This document shows, in pieces, positions 46,100 to 55,995 of a DNA stretch of 64,000 nucleotides (within the stretch, counting starts at the first letter, position 1; every line of letters begins with the position of its first letter). The position numbers were made by a program, and so were the translations under genes. Source of the stretch: Alphaproteobacteria bacterium (GTDB lineage: Bacteria; Pseudomonadota; Alphaproteobacteria; UBA828); the NCBI GenBank assembly GCA_963667785.2, contig CAXXMU010000001.1, positions 928,001 to 992,000 of the forward strand, given 5' to 3'. The notes beneath the pieces were generated by a model. The model had not been told where the DNA came from and ran no database searches. It saw nothing but the letters and a program-made list of their open reading frames with translations.

Positions 46100-47101
46100 T
46101 CAGAGCATGCAGCATGTCCGTTTCCGCCACAGCAGGTAGCCGAAGTTCTCGCCCGCGACCGGCAATTCGCGGAGCGTCTCCCACAGCACCGACGACCGCC
46201 CGGTCGGGTTGCAGCCGGTCATGGGCGAGGTCGCCGGCACCGGCTCCGTCATCTGCCAGCGGTACTGGCTTTTCTTCATGATCGGCATCGGATAGCGCTG
46301 GCAGAGCGCTGCCGAGCCCGACGTGCCCCAGGCGATGCCGGCGCGGTGAAGCCGGTAGACCAGCCGCTGGGCCGCGAGCAGCGAAGCCTGGACGCCGCCG
46401 ACATGGGCGGCGACGTTGCCGGTCAGCGGATACATCCCGCCCTGGCAGCCCGCGCACCAGAACATCGGATCGAGCGGCAGTCCGGCCGAGGCCGCGGCGC
46501 AGTCCGCCGCGCACGCCGCCTGGGCGGGCAGGTTGGCGAACAGCGCCGCTTCCGGGTTCAAGAGGAACGACAGCTCGTCGTCGAGCCAGGCCGGGTCGAG
46601 CTCCGAGGTCCAGGCGATGTCGAGCCCGCCGCCCTCCAGGCAGCCGAGGTCGAGCAGCACCCCGATCCAGCTCAAGAGCGGATACATGTAGTAGTGCGCG
46701 TGCCAGACCGAGCCCTTGGCGCCGTCGCCGCCCGAGGAACCGGTGCGGCCCCGCGCGGCGTGAAGGCCGGGGTCGATGGTGAGGCCGCCGAGGTTGGGGA
46801 AGCACCAGGGCGTGCGGGTCACGTCCATCAGCCGCGCCGGCTCCCAGACCCCGAGCGAGAGGCCGATGCGGGGAATGGGCGAGCCGCAGAGGCAGATCGG
46901 CGAGGACGGGTTGGGCGTGTCCGGCGCGCCCGACGCGCTGCCGATCCGGATCGGTCCGATGGTGATCGGAAAGAGGCACTCCCAGCACACGTCCGAGATC
47001 GGGTTGACGAACCGCCCGGTGCAGGTCTGAGCCGAGGCCGGCACGGCCCACAACAGCGCCAGCAGCGCGAGCCCGGCCGGAAGGGCGAGGCGGCAGCTCA
47101 T
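46100..47101 (-). CDS. traU: TraU
   Basis: CTGRFVNPISDVCWECLFP, WEPARL, FWCAGCQG, WRKRTCC. Confidence 0.93.
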   Translation of the reverse strand: MSCRLALPAGLALLALLWAVPASAQTCTGRFVNPISDVCWECLFPITIGPIRIGSASGAPDTPNPSSPICLCGSPIPRIGLSLGVWEPARLMDVTRTPWCFPNLGGLTIDPGLHAARGRTGSSGGDGAKGSVWHAHYYMYPLLSWIGVLLDLGCLEGGGLDIAWTSELDPAWLDDELSFLLNPEAALFANLPAQAACAADCAAASAGLPLDPMFWCAGCQGGMYPLTGNVAAHVGGVQASLLAAQRLVYRLHRAGIAWGTSGSAALCQRYPMPIMKKSQYRWQMTEPVPATSPMTGCNPTGRSSVLWETLRELPVAGENFGYLLWRKRTCCML

Positions 47102-47586
47102 GCGGCCTCGCTTGCCCCGCCTGCCCCGGACCCCGATCCGGGAGCCTGCCCCGGACCCGATCCCGGGTCGCCCGTCGCGGCGTTTCCCGTGTCCGCGGCC
47201 TGCCCCGTCGCCTCGGCCGGCTCGGACGGGTCCGGATCGGGGCGCCGCGCGGACAGGATGTTGACGGTGCCGTGCGCACCCGCAACGACGATCTCGGTGA
47301 CGGCCCGGTCGTTGCCTTCCCTGTCGGTGAAGCCGCGCGTCGCGATCCGGCCCTCGACGAGCACCGCTCCGCCCTTCTTCAGCATTTTCCCGACCGCCTC
47401 GACGGCGGGGCCGTAGACCACGATCCGGTGCCATTCCGTGGCCTCGCCGGGCCTTCCCTCGCGGTCGGTCCATTTCTCGGTGGTGGCGAGGGTGAACACC
47501 GCCGCCCTGCCGCCGTTCTTCAGGTCGCGGATTTCGGGATCGCGGCCCGCATGGCCCAGCAGCGTCGCGCGGTTCATGTTCAGCAT
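47098..47586 (-). CDS. ssb: single-stranded DNA-binding protein, second copy inside the tra operon
   Basis: MNRATLLGHAGRDPE, LATTEKW, TEWHRIV, VEGRIATR; no acidic C-terminal tip. Confidence 0.9.
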   Translation of the reverse strand: MLNMNRATLLGHAGRDPEIRDLKNGGRAAVFTLATTEKWTDREGRPGEATEWHRIVVYGPAVEAVGKMLKKGGAVLVEGRIATRGFTDREGNDRAVTEIVVAGAHGTVNILSARRPDPDPSEPAEATGQAADTGNAATGDPGSGPGQAPGSGSGAGGASEAA

Positions 47587-47589
47587 GGT

Positions 47590-48273
47590 TCAGTCCTCCT
47601 CTTTCGCGTTCGCACTCTCCCGGTCCTCGACCGGAACCTCGGTGATGCGCAGCCGCTCCCCGGCCTGCTCGACCAGGCTCGGCGTCGCCGCTAGACGCAA
47701 GCGCGCCGCGAGAACCCCGCCGGTATCGAAGAAGAAGGGCCGGGAGTGCCGGCGCATCAGGTCCAGCGGCCGGCCGGCCAGCAGCACGATCTTCGCGGGG
47801 CGCTCGTGCGCCAGCGCCCAGGCGATCTCCGCCTCGCGCCGCCCGTCGACGAACAGCAGGTCGCGGGCGAGCGTCGTCCGCTCCAACGGATTCACGCGAG
47901 TTCCCGCCGCGGTGATGAGCACGCCATCGGCCGTCCGGATGTCCCGCGCGACCGTGATCGCCGGGTCGAACAGGCGGCTGCGTTCTTCCCGCGCCGGCGC
48001 GATGCCCGGCACCGGCGCGGGCTCTTCCAGCGTCCGCCGCGCGCGCTCGCGGGCTTCCTCCTCCAGCCGCGTCAGCGCGCCGGAGCGTTCCATCTCCAGG
48101 AGTCGCGCCTCGATCTGTTCCAGCAGGTCCGGCTCCGCGACCGGCCAGGTCGCGCCGCGCACGCCCAGGTCCTTGGCCAGCGCCGCGGTCGGAACGCCGG
48201 CGGCCGGCAGGACGGCCAGGGCCGTGGCCAGTAGCGCGGCGGCGGCGCGGGTTGCAGGGGACGCTCCCCTCAT
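47590..48273 (-). CDS. traW: TraW
   Basis: DLGVRGATWPVAEPDLL, FDPAI, GTRVNPL, FFDTGG. Confidence 0.92.
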   Translation of the reverse strand: MRGASPATRAAAALLATALAVLPAAGVPTAALAKDLGVRGATWPVAEPDLLEQIEARLLEMERSGALTRLEEEARERARRTLEEPAPVPGIAPAREERSRLFDPAITVARDIRTADGVLITAAGTRVNPLERTTLARDLLFVDGRREAEIAWALAHERPAKIVLLAGRPLDLMRRHSRPFFFDTGGVLAARLRLAATPSLVEQAGERLRITEVPVEDRESANAKEED

Positions 48274-48857
48274 CGCGCGGCCTCCGGGGCTTTGTCCGGC
48301 CGGACATCTTCCGGCCCGATCAGCGGTCCGTTCAGCCCCAGCCACGGGATATCCGGCATGGCGATCGCCCGCCCGAGGATGCGTTCGCGGGGCACGAGGC
48401 CGATCTCCGCGTAGCGGCTGTCGTGGGAATCGGCGTGATCGGCGAACAGGTAGTAATGGCCGGGCGGAACGACGCCCGGCGCGATCGGCGCAAGCGGCCG
48501 CCCGTCGAGCGCGTGCGTCTTGGCGCGGCCGACAGGCTCTCCGTCGAGACGGACCGTTCCGTCCGCGTCGACGGCCACGGTCATGCCCGGCACGCCGCGC
48601 ACCGTCTTGAGATACGGGACCGGGGAGCCCAGGAGTTCAGGGGGGTCGAACAGCACCCGGTCGCCGATCGCCGGCGCCTCGCCGAACAGCGGGAACGCGG
48701 CATAACCCCAGGCTCCGTCCGACCAGCTCGCGTTGACGTGGACGCGCGAGGCCGCGCCGAGCCAGAGCGCCGCCAGCGCGATCATGACGGCCAGGCCGAT
48801 ACGGCGTCGGCGCGGATTGCCGACCCGCTGCGCGAATGTCGGGCGCCGGGTCGTCAC
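48270..48857 (-). CDS. S26-family conjugal transfer peptidase (TrhF-like)
   Basis: NASWS, YLKTVRGVPG, SHDSRYAEIGLV. Confidence 0.85.
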   Translation of the reverse strand: MTTRRPTFAQRVGNPRRRRIGLAVMIALAALWLGAASRVHVNASWSDGAWGYAAFPLFGEAPAIGDRVLFDPPELLGSPVPYLKTVRGVPGMTVAVDADGTVRLDGEPVGRAKTHALDGRPLAPIAPGVVPPGHYYLFADHADSHDSRYAEIGLVPRERILGRAIAMPDIPWLGLNGPLIGPEDVRPDKAPEAAR

Positions 48858-49258
48858 CGCCCGTCTCCCGGCGGCGGTGCGTTTCCGGTAGCGGCACGAG
48901 CGAGGACGGCCGCGAGCGTGGCCGCGACCTCGGCCGTCAGGTCGGGCGCCCCGGCGGCGACCGCGCGGGCCGGCAGCAGCACGACGCCACGGCGTTCGGC
49001 CACATGGTCGAGCGCGGCCTCCAACGCAACGCCCCAGGCGCGGATGTCGTCCGCCGTTTCTCCCGACGATGCGGCGCGGGTCGTGTATGCCGCGGTCATC
49101 TCCCCGAGACGGACCGAGGCGACGCTCGGCGCCTCGGGTGCGGCAAACCGCACGGTCGCCGCGGCGACCGCCGCCGCCAGGGCCCCCGACAGCAGCACTG
49201 CGGAGGCCATGACCGGCCAGCCCGACCCGCTCCGGTCCATGTCAGTCTTGTCCGGCAT
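48854..49258 (-). CDS. trbI: TrbI (F-type)
   Basis: N-terminal TM, C-terminal VVLLPARAVAAGAPDLT; position after traC. Confidence 0.75.
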   Translation of the reverse strand: MPDKTDMDRSGSGWPVMASAVLLSGALAAAVAAATVRFAAPEAPSVASVRLGEMTAAYTTRAASSGETADDIRAWGVALEAALDHVAERRGVVLLPARAVAAGAPDLTAEVAATLAAVLARAATGNAPPPGDGR

Positions 49259-49880
49259 CGGTGCCTTCGTCTCCGGTACGCGCGGCCATGCGCCCGCGCC
49301 GCTCTTCCTCCGGCCCGGCGAGCGCCCGGAAGCGGGCGAGCCAGCCTTCGGCCGCCTTGTCCGGCGAAATCGAGCGGATGCGCCGCTTGAGCGGCGGGAA
49401 GGCGACCCCGGCGCCGGCGGCCAGGTTTCCATCGAGCAGGTCGCGGCGCTCCGCCGCCGCCGCCATGCGGGTGACGAAGCGCAGGAGTTCGGCATGCTCT
49501 TCGTCGAGCACGGCATCGAGGCCGGCGGCCTCGCGCACCGCCGCCTCGATACCCGAGGCGAGCCTTCCGGCGCGCTCCGCCGCCCGCTGCGAGTCCGGCG
49601 CGGCGCCCCGGAGCCAGGCCGAGGGCGCGTCGGCGACGAGCGCGTGAAGCGCCAACGTGCGGCGATCCTCATCGCCAAGCCCGTCCAGCGCCTCGATCTC
49701 CTCCGACACGATCACGGCGTGCGCCGCGACCGAGTGGTAGGCGCGCATGCAACCGCCCCGGCGGCAGGTGTTGGCGAGCACCTGCGCCAGCGCGGTGAAG
49801 TCGATGTCGGCGGCGGTCACGTTTTCGGGGTCGCCCGGCCAGTGGAGCGGTCTCTCTCCGCCGGTTGCCGTTTGCGTCAT
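49242..49880 (-). CDS. HD-phosphohydrolase-like protein with degenerate HD motif
   Basis: LAQVLANTCRRGG...HSVAAHAVIVS...ALVADAPSAW...ERRDL follows the phage/YfbR-like HD pattern but has AD in place of HD; GGAGG RBS. Confidence 0.7.
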   Translation of the reverse strand: MTQTATGGERPLHWPGDPENVTAADIDFTALAQVLANTCRRGGCMRAYHSVAAHAVIVSEEIEALDGLGDEDRRTLALHALVADAPSAWLRGAAPDSQRAAERAGRLASGIEAAVREAAGLDAVLDEEHAELLRFVTRMAAAAERRDLLDGNLAAGAGVAFPPLKRRIRSISPDKAAEGWLARFRALAGPEEERRGRMAARTGDEGTDAGQD

Positions 49881-52495
49881 GCGGCGTCCTCCGTTTCGGT
49901 GGTTTCGGAATGTCCGGCAGCGGCAGGACGAACGTCGTCCCCGTGGGATGCGTCCCCCGCGAGACGGGCGCCGTCCGCGAGCCGGTCGATGGCCTCGACC
50001 GTGGTGAGGCCCTGCGCCTTGCACGTCTCCACGGCCGCAAAGGCCGGGCCGCGCGACGAGAACAGCGCCACCGACCAGGCATCCAGCACCAGCCGCGCGA
50101 CCCGCCAGCCGTCCGGGCCGTGCAGCACGATCTCCGCGAAGCGCCCGTCCGCCGTGGTCAGGCTCTTCAAGGCGCGTTCCATGCCGGGATCGCAGTGGAT
50201 GCGCTTCTCGGATTTGAGGAGCTCGACCGACTCGTCCTTCTGGGCCAGAAAAATCACCCAGTCCGAGTTCTCCCAGGCGGCACGTGCGGCGGGGTTGGCG
50301 TAGTAGTCGTTGACCGACTGCGTGCCGGTGACCAAGGCGCCGCGGTACTTGCGGGCGCGCCGCGCGGCGCCTTCGAGAAAGGACTTCGAGTCCTCGCCCG
50401 AGAGGAGGTCCCAGGCCTCGTCGATGACGATGGCCTTCGCCCGGGTGCGCGGGCCGTGATACATGCGCTGGGTCGCGAGGAAGACCACCAGCATCAGCAC
50501 CACCGCCTGGACGTCGCCCCGACCCTTGAGCTCGGCGAGCTCGAACACCGTGAGCGCGTTCTCGAGATCGGGGACATTGCTGCCCGCGAACAGCCGGCCC
50601 ATGGCGCCGCCCGGACACCAGGGGCCGAGGGAGGTCGCCATGTCGGCGGCGCGGCGGTCGTCCCGCTTTTCCAGATGGCCGCGCACCGTCCCGAGATCGG
50701 CGTCGTTGCCGGCCTCGTCCCAGGCCGCCGCGATGGCCTCGGCGATGAGCGCCGCCTCGATGTCGTCGATCGAGCCCCGGCGCCGCGCCATGCGGCCGAT
50801 GACGCCGGCCAGCATGGCGAAGCACTCCTCGCGGTAGTCGCCGTCATGCTCGGCCGTGCCTGAGTCGATCATGGCGAAGGGGTTGAGGCAGGCCGGGTCC
50901 TTGCCGAACGCGATGAAGGCGCCTTCGAGCGCTTCCGCCGTGTGCTGGAACGACCGCCCGTCGTCGATCACCACGGCCTCGCCGCCGGCGCCGATCAGGC
51001 CCGTCACCAGCTCCTGCATCAGCACCGACTTGCCGGAGCCGGACTTGCCGGTGACCGCGACATTGTAGTTGCCGGCCTCGTTGGCGAAGGGGGACCAGCA
51101 GGCCGGCTGGCCCCGGCGGCCGATGAGAAACAGGGCCGGCGGATTGTCGCGATTGGCGGGTTGTCCCCGCCACTCGCCATGCCACGGCGCGAGGTTCACC
51201 GCCGAGGAGGTCAGCAGGGTCTTCATCCGGCCCATGCGCTCGAGGTCGGCGTCGAGACCGCCGGCCGACGCCATCGGCAGGCACGCCAGCCAGGAGGGCA
51301 GCTGCATGTAGCGCTCGGCGTTCACCCGCCAGCCCTGGCCGTGATAGATCGCCCGGACCGCCTGCTCCGCCTCGTCGAGGGCGTCGAGCGGCGCGTAGAC
51401 AGTGGCCATGTAGCAGGCCCGGACCAGCTTCTCGCCGTCCTTGATCCGGTCGGTGACCGCCTGCCAGTCTCTGGCCTTCTCGGGCAGGCCGGGGAGATAC
51501 TTGGCAATGCCGGTGCCGGCCTGCTGCGTCGCGCGGGCACTCTTCAGGAACGCCTTCTCGCCCGCCGCCTCGTCGCCGGTGGTCACCGTGAGGCAGGTCA
51601 ACACCGGGCAGCCGGGTTGCAAAAAATCGCGGTGGAAGTCGCCGATCAGCGCATTGCCGCGCCAGCCCGGCCAGACCTCCGGGAAGGCCACCGCACTGAG
51701 CACCCGCACGGCGATGTCCCCGGAGCCACCGTCGCGGCCGCCGTCGGGGTGATGGAAGGTGAGGCCGGTGGGATGGACCGTGAGCGCACGTCCCGGCGCG
51801 ATGCACTGTTCGTGCAGCGGATCGCGCGGCGCCCAGCGGCGGGGCGGGCGTTCGGTGCCGCCGTCGCGGTATCCGCCGATATCGGGGCTCGTCAGTTCAG
51901 CCGCGAGCGACAGCAGCGCGTCGGGTTCGAGACGGCGGGTCTGCGCCCCGGCAGAGGCCAGCGTGCCTTCCAGCGCGCGGCGGAAGGCGCCCAGAGCGGT
52001 CTCCGCGGCCGGGCCCGGCGTGGCGAACCGTGCCGCGCCGCCCGCGAGGCAGGCGGTGACGAACACCCGGTAGTCCGAGAGGGTGAAGGGCGGGCCGCCG
52101 CCGTGCAGCCGGCGCCAGCCCCCCGGCGCCAGCAGGTCGCGGCGCCCGCTTCCCATCCTGGCGAGCGCCCCGCCGGCATCGGCGCGAGGCTCCGCCCAGG
52201 CCCGGGACGCCGCGCCGAAGCGCGGGCTCGCCCAATGGATCACCTGCACGGTGCAGCGCTCGGGCGCGGCGTCGGCCAGCGTGCCGGCGAGCGCCCCCAG
52301 GGTCTCGGCGTCGATGCCGGCAAACGGCGGCAGCTCGACCGCGAAGCCGGCGGAGCCGGCGTTGACGTAGAGCTCGCTCGATTCGTCGAAGGCGCGCCAG
52401 GGCAGCAGGGAATGGAGCGCGGCCGGCATCGCGGGCGGCGTCCAGGGGCCGGGCGCCTCCGGCCCCTCGAAGAGCTCGAGCAGCCGCCCGATCAC
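49877..52495 (-). CDS. traC: TraC (VirB4-like ATPase)
   Basis: NYNVAVTGKSGSGKS, IDDGRSF, IDEAWDLL, RRARKY; GTG start overlapping the traV stop. Confidence 0.95.
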   Translation of the reverse strand: MIGRLLELFEGPEAPGPWTPPAMPAALHSLLPWRAFDESSELYVNAGSAGFAVELPPFAGIDAETLGALAGTLADAAPERCTVQVIHWASPRFGAASRAWAEPRADAGGALARMGSGRRDLLAPGGWRRLHGGGPPFTLSDYRVFVTACLAGGAARFATPGPAAETALGAFRRALEGTLASAGAQTRRLEPDALLSLAAELTSPDIGGYRDGGTERPPRRWAPRDPLHEQCIAPGRALTVHPTGLTFHHPDGGRDGGSGDIAVRVLSAVAFPEVWPGWRGNALIGDFHRDFLQPGCPVLTCLTVTTGDEAAGEKAFLKSARATQQAGTGIAKYLPGLPEKARDWQAVTDRIKDGEKLVRACYMATVYAPLDALDEAEQAVRAIYHGQGWRVNAERYMQLPSWLACLPMASAGGLDADLERMGRMKTLLTSSAVNLAPWHGEWRGQPANRDNPPALFLIGRRGQPACWSPFANEAGNYNVAVTGKSGSGKSVLMQELVTGLIGAGGEAVVIDDGRSFQHTAEALEGAFIAFGKDPACLNPFAMIDSGTAEHDGDYREECFAMLAGVIGRMARRRGSIDDIEAALIAEAIAAAWDEAGNDADLGTVRGHLEKRDDRRAADMATSLGPWCPGGAMGRLFAGSNVPDLENALTVFELAELKGRGDVQAVVLMLVVFLATQRMYHGPRTRAKAIVIDEAWDLLSGEDSKSFLEGAARRARKYRGALVTGTQSVNDYYANPAARAAWENSDWVIFLAQKDESVELLKSEKRIHCDPGMERALKSLTTADGRFAEIVLHGPDGWRVARLVLDAWSVALFSSRGPAFAAVETCKAQGLTTVEAIDRLADGARLAGDASHGDDVRPAAAGHSETTETEDAA

Positions 52496-53229
52496 TTCAG
52501 CCTCCAGCCCGCCGGGTCCAGCACCACCCGGACGTGGCTCGCCTCGCGGTAGACGCCGTCCGCGTCGACGAAGGGCGCGATCCAGATCCGCGCTACCACC
52601 TCGTCCGTGCGGAGATCGCCGGCCTCCCGGTCGTATGGCGCCGGCTCGGGAGCCTGCCCTCCCGGCTCGGAGGCCGGGACAGGCTCCCGCGATCCGGGGG
52701 CCGGGAGGAGGGCGGCGGCCGGGTCCGCGGGCTGTGGTTCGGTTCCGGCCGGGGAGGTCGACGACGCGGCCGGCTCGGCCTTCCGGATCGCATCGCCCGG
52801 GGCCGAAGGGTTCGAGGTCGAGGGACCTGCCGCCGCCATGGCGTCGCCGGGTCCGGCGCGATCGGCGCTCGCCTCGCCGCCTGACCCGGCCGACGAGTCG
52901 GGATCGCCGCCGCCGAACAGCCGCGCCAGCCAGGCGAAGGGGTCGAATCCCTCGCCGCACGCGGTCGCGCAGGGCGTCTCCGCGGAGCCTCCGGCCAGCT
53001 CGTCGCCGCGCACCCGCCAGAGCGGCTCCGCGAGGACCGCCGTTCCCGCCGCCTTCGGGTCCGGCACCGCCGGATCGGCCGCCGCGACGCTGTCGCAGGT
53101 CCCGCCCTCCGCAAGAGGGCATTGCCAGGACTCGCCGATATGCCCGGTCGAGCACCCGGCGAGCAGCATGGCGGCCATCGCGGCGGAGATCGCCGCCAGA
53201 CGCGGCGCGCGTTTCGTTGCGTGCGTCAT
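52492..53229 (-). CDS. traV: TraV lipoprotein
   Basis: Lipobox LLAGC, WQC...C, RIWIAPFVDADG. Confidence 0.88.
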   Translation of the reverse strand: MTHATKRAPRLAAISAAMAAMLLAGCSTGHIGESWQCPLAEGGTCDSVAAADPAVPDPKAAGTAVLAEPLWRVRGDELAGGSAETPCATACGEGFDPFAWLARLFGGGDPDSSAGSGGEASADRAGPGDAMAAAGPSTSNPSAPGDAIRKAEPAASSTSPAGTEPQPADPAAALLPAPGSREPVPASEPGGQAPEPAPYDREAGDLRTDEVVARIWIAPFVDADGVYREASHVRVVLDPAGWRLK

Positions 53230-53230
53230 G

Positions 53231-54601
53231 TCACTCTCCTTTCTGCGCTGTGATCACCGGCGCACGCCCGTCGATGCGGGCGCCTTCGAGGAACACCAGC
53301 GTCACCTTCGTGCCGGCCTGGAGCTGGACCACGGGCTGGTACTGCTCGGCCCGGCGGATCATGTAGTCGGCGACCTTCTGGCCCGCGGACGACGCGCCGG
53401 CGCCGAGGCCGGCCCGCCCGATATCGCCGAGCCCGGTGTTGGCGACGGCGGCGCCCGCGCCGGCCGCCACCGCCTGCGGCTGGAACGCCTGCGACACGCC
53501 CTGGCCGATGCCGGAGACCATGCCGGCGAGAAACGCCTTCTCGACCAGCGCCCCCTCGCGGCTCACCACGGGACCGCGCACGCCGGTCTTGCCGGAACCG
53601 GCGACGAACCCGGCGACGTCGGTCTCGATCACGGCACCAGGGCGTTCCCCTGTGCCGGGGCGTTCCCCCGTGCCGGGATCGGGCACGGCGCAGGTCATGG
53701 TGCGGAGCCGCACATAGACCTTCTCGGAGGACAGATCGCCGTGCGCCGCGCCCGTCACGGTGCAGCCGTCGACGTCGACCTGCATCGCCTCTCCGTCCTC
53801 CGCCGCCGTCCAGGCGGGTCCGATAATCCTGAGCAGCACCGGCCGGGGATCGCCCTGGGAAGACACCCCGGCCGAGGCGTCGACGCCGGCCAGCACGATC
53901 GCCTCCGCATGCGCGCCGGCCGGCAGCCACACGGAGACCGGCTTGGCCACGGCATCGGCGACCAGCTCGGGGCCGGTGCGGGAGTCCGTTGCGGACGATT
54001 GCGGCCTGCCGTCCCGGCTCAAAGGCCGGGACAGGCTCCCACCGATCCGGCGATCGCCCTCCAGCTCGAAGGTCTCGATCATGCGCCCCGGCATCGACAC
54101 GGCCGGTTGCGCTTGCCCGCCGTTCGCCGGCGCGTTGCCCTGTGCGCGGAAGTAGTCCCCGGAATCCGGCGCCGTTCCCGTCGCATTTCCCGGCTGCGCC
54201 GATTCCCGTATGCCGCGCCGCAGCTCGTCGATCAGCGCCGCCTGGCGGTCGATGACCTCGCGCGCGTTGGCGGCGTCGCCCTCCAGCCTCGCGCGCAGCC
54301 GCTCGTTGTCGGCCCTGAGCGTCCGCGCCTCCTGCCCGAGCTCGCGGATCTGCGTCTCGATGCCGCCGAGCCGCGCCTCGGAGCGCCGCGTCCAGACCTT
54401 CTCGGCGGCGTCGGGGCCGGCGATCTCCGCCTCGATGCCGCCTTGCGGCGCCGGCTTCCCGCCGCCGCCCATGCCGAGCCAGGCGGCCACCACGACCAGC
54501 ACGACCGCCGCGACGACGGAGAACAACAGCAGCTGGCGCCGGCGCACGGCGTCGGCGTCCACCAGGTCGCGCACGCGCCGCCCGCCGCCCTGGGCGGTCA
54601 T
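53231..54601 (-). CDS. traB: TraB (VirB10-like)
   Basis: TM + coiled coil, LPAG, GVDA, GDLSSEK, GVRGPVV, AEQYQPVV. Confidence 0.92.
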   Translation of the reverse strand: MTAQGGGRRVRDLVDADAVRRRQLLLFSVVAAVVLVVVAAWLGMGGGGKPAPQGGIEAEIAGPDAAEKVWTRRSEARLGGIETQIRELGQEARTLRADNERLRARLEGDAANAREVIDRQAALIDELRRGIRESAQPGNATGTAPDSGDYFRAQGNAPANGGQAQPAVSMPGRMIETFELEGDRRIGGSLSRPLSRDGRPQSSATDSRTGPELVADAVAKPVSVWLPAGAHAEAIVLAGVDASAGVSSQGDPRPVLLRIIGPAWTAAEDGEAMQVDVDGCTVTGAAHGDLSSEKVYVRLRTMTCAVPDPGTGERPGTGERPGAVIETDVAGFVAGSGKTGVRGPVVSREGALVEKAFLAGMVSGIGQGVSQAFQPQAVAAGAGAAVANTGLGDIGRAGLGAGASSAGQKVADYMIRRAEQYQPVVQLQAGTKVTLVFLEGARIDGRAPVITAQKGE

Positions 54602-55419
54602 CGCGACGCTCCCGCCGGGACGGTTTCGGTCACCGCCACCGCGAGACGCCCGCCCGCGGGGCCGGTGCCGGGCGCAGCCACCCAGAGCGCCAACACACGA
54701 TCGGTAACCAGCGCTTTTTCGATGGTCCCGGCGAGGCCCGCGAGCCCGGATCGATGGGAGCCTGTCCCGGACCCCGATCCGGGGGGCCAGGTCCCGTCCG
54801 CATCGCTCGATGCCGGACGCGCGGCCTCGAAGACGAGCGCCGCGAGGCGCGGTCCCCGCCAGGTCTCGATGAGCGTCAGTCCGCCGGCGGACGGACCGTG
54901 GCCCGTCTCGATGCCGTAGCCGGGCACCGGCTCGCGCCGTGCGACCGACCGCACCAGGCCCACCAGCGCCGCGATGTGCGCATCGCTCGCCGATGCCGGG
55001 GCGCCCGACGCCGCGTCCGGCAGAACCGCCGCATTGCGGATCAGGATCTGCGCCGAGTCCCGCGCCGCAGGCGTCAGGGTCAGCCGGTAGGTGAAGCCCC
55101 TCTCGGTCCCGATGAACAGCGTGACCGGCCCGCCCTCGGCGAAGCCCTCGCCGGCCGGCCGCAGATAGAGGTCGCCCGAGGCGGCGTCGTGCTCGACCGC
55201 GAAGCCGTCCGGCGCACGCACCAGCCGCGCGATGCGGTCGCCATGCAGCGCGATCCGGTTGACGTTCGTCGCGGAGATTTGCGCGGAGAGCTCGGCATGG
55301 TCGGCCGCCTCCAGGATCTGTATCGCCACGGCCGGACCGGGCGCCGCGAGCGCGGCCACACATGTGAGGTGTGCGGCGACCAGCACCGCGATCCGGCGCC
55401 GTCGGGAGACATGTGTCAT
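54598..55419 (-). CDS. traK: TraK
   Basis: Signal peptide, ISATNVNRI, GDLYLRP, LFIGTERGFTY. Confidence 0.88.
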   Translation of the reverse strand: MTHVSRRRRIAVLVAAHLTCVAALAAPGPAVAIQILEAADHAELSAQISATNVNRIALHGDRIARLVRAPDGFAVEHDAASGDLYLRPAGEGFAEGGPVTLFIGTERGFTYRLTLTPAARDSAQILIRNAAVLPDAASGAPASASDAHIAALVGLVRSVARREPVPGYGIETGHGPSAGGLTLIETWRGPRLAALVFEAARPASSDADGTWPPGSGSGTGSHRSGLAGLAGTIEKALVTDRVLALWVAAPGTGPAGGRLAVAVTETVPAGASR

Positions 55420-55988
55420 TTTGCGTCCTCCATCTGTTCGAAGCGCAGGAGCCCGATGCGCCCGGCGTCGATGCGGAAGGCGAGCCGGTAGCGCCGGTCC
55501 TCGCGCGAGGACTCCTCGCGGCCGATCCAGGTCACCAGCTCGCCTGCGATCTCGACGCTGAGCCGCGCCGGGTCGGCCTCGATCTCGGTGGGGTAGAAGG
55601 CGCTCGCCATGTCGCGCCCGGCCATGCGGGCGGCCTCCGCCTCGACCCAGGCGCCGATCGCGCCGCGCGCCGAGGCGTGGCTCATCCGCGCCGCCGCGAG
55701 GCGGACGTGGCCGGCGTTCTCCGGCGTCAATGTGAGCAGCGTCACCGCCACCGTGCGCGCCATGTCCTCCAGGTAGCGCGCCCGGGCCAGCCCCGTGCCG
55801 GCGCCGCCGCCGGCGATCTCCCAGGCGGGTCCCGCCGTTGCGGGGACCAGTACGGTCACGGTCTCACGCCCGGCGAAGCTCATCGTCAGCATCAGGTTGG
55901 CGGTCATCGACAGCACCAGCAGCCCGGCCAGGGCCAGGCGCACGTCCCGCACCCGGCGGATGGCGGAGTCCATCTCGATGCGCCGCAT
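55416..55988 (-). CDS. traE: TraE
   Basis: TM, TVLVP, YLEDMA, LTLTPEN, SAFYP. Confidence 0.9.
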   Translation of the reverse strand: MRRIEMDSAIRRVRDVRLALAGLLVLSMTANLMLTMSFAGRETVTVLVPATAGPAWEIAGGGAGTGLARARYLEDMARTVAVTLLTLTPENAGHVRLAAARMSHASARGAIGAWVEAEAARMAGRDMASAFYPTEIEADPARLSVEIAGELVTWIGREESSREDRRYRLAFRIDAGRIGLLRFEQMEDAK

Positions 55989-55995
55989 CGCCGCC

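Noticed and set aside
53640-53675. 18-bp tandem duplication in traB (GTGERP twice)
   Set aside because: Real, but most simply a slippage duplication in a loop with no further significance
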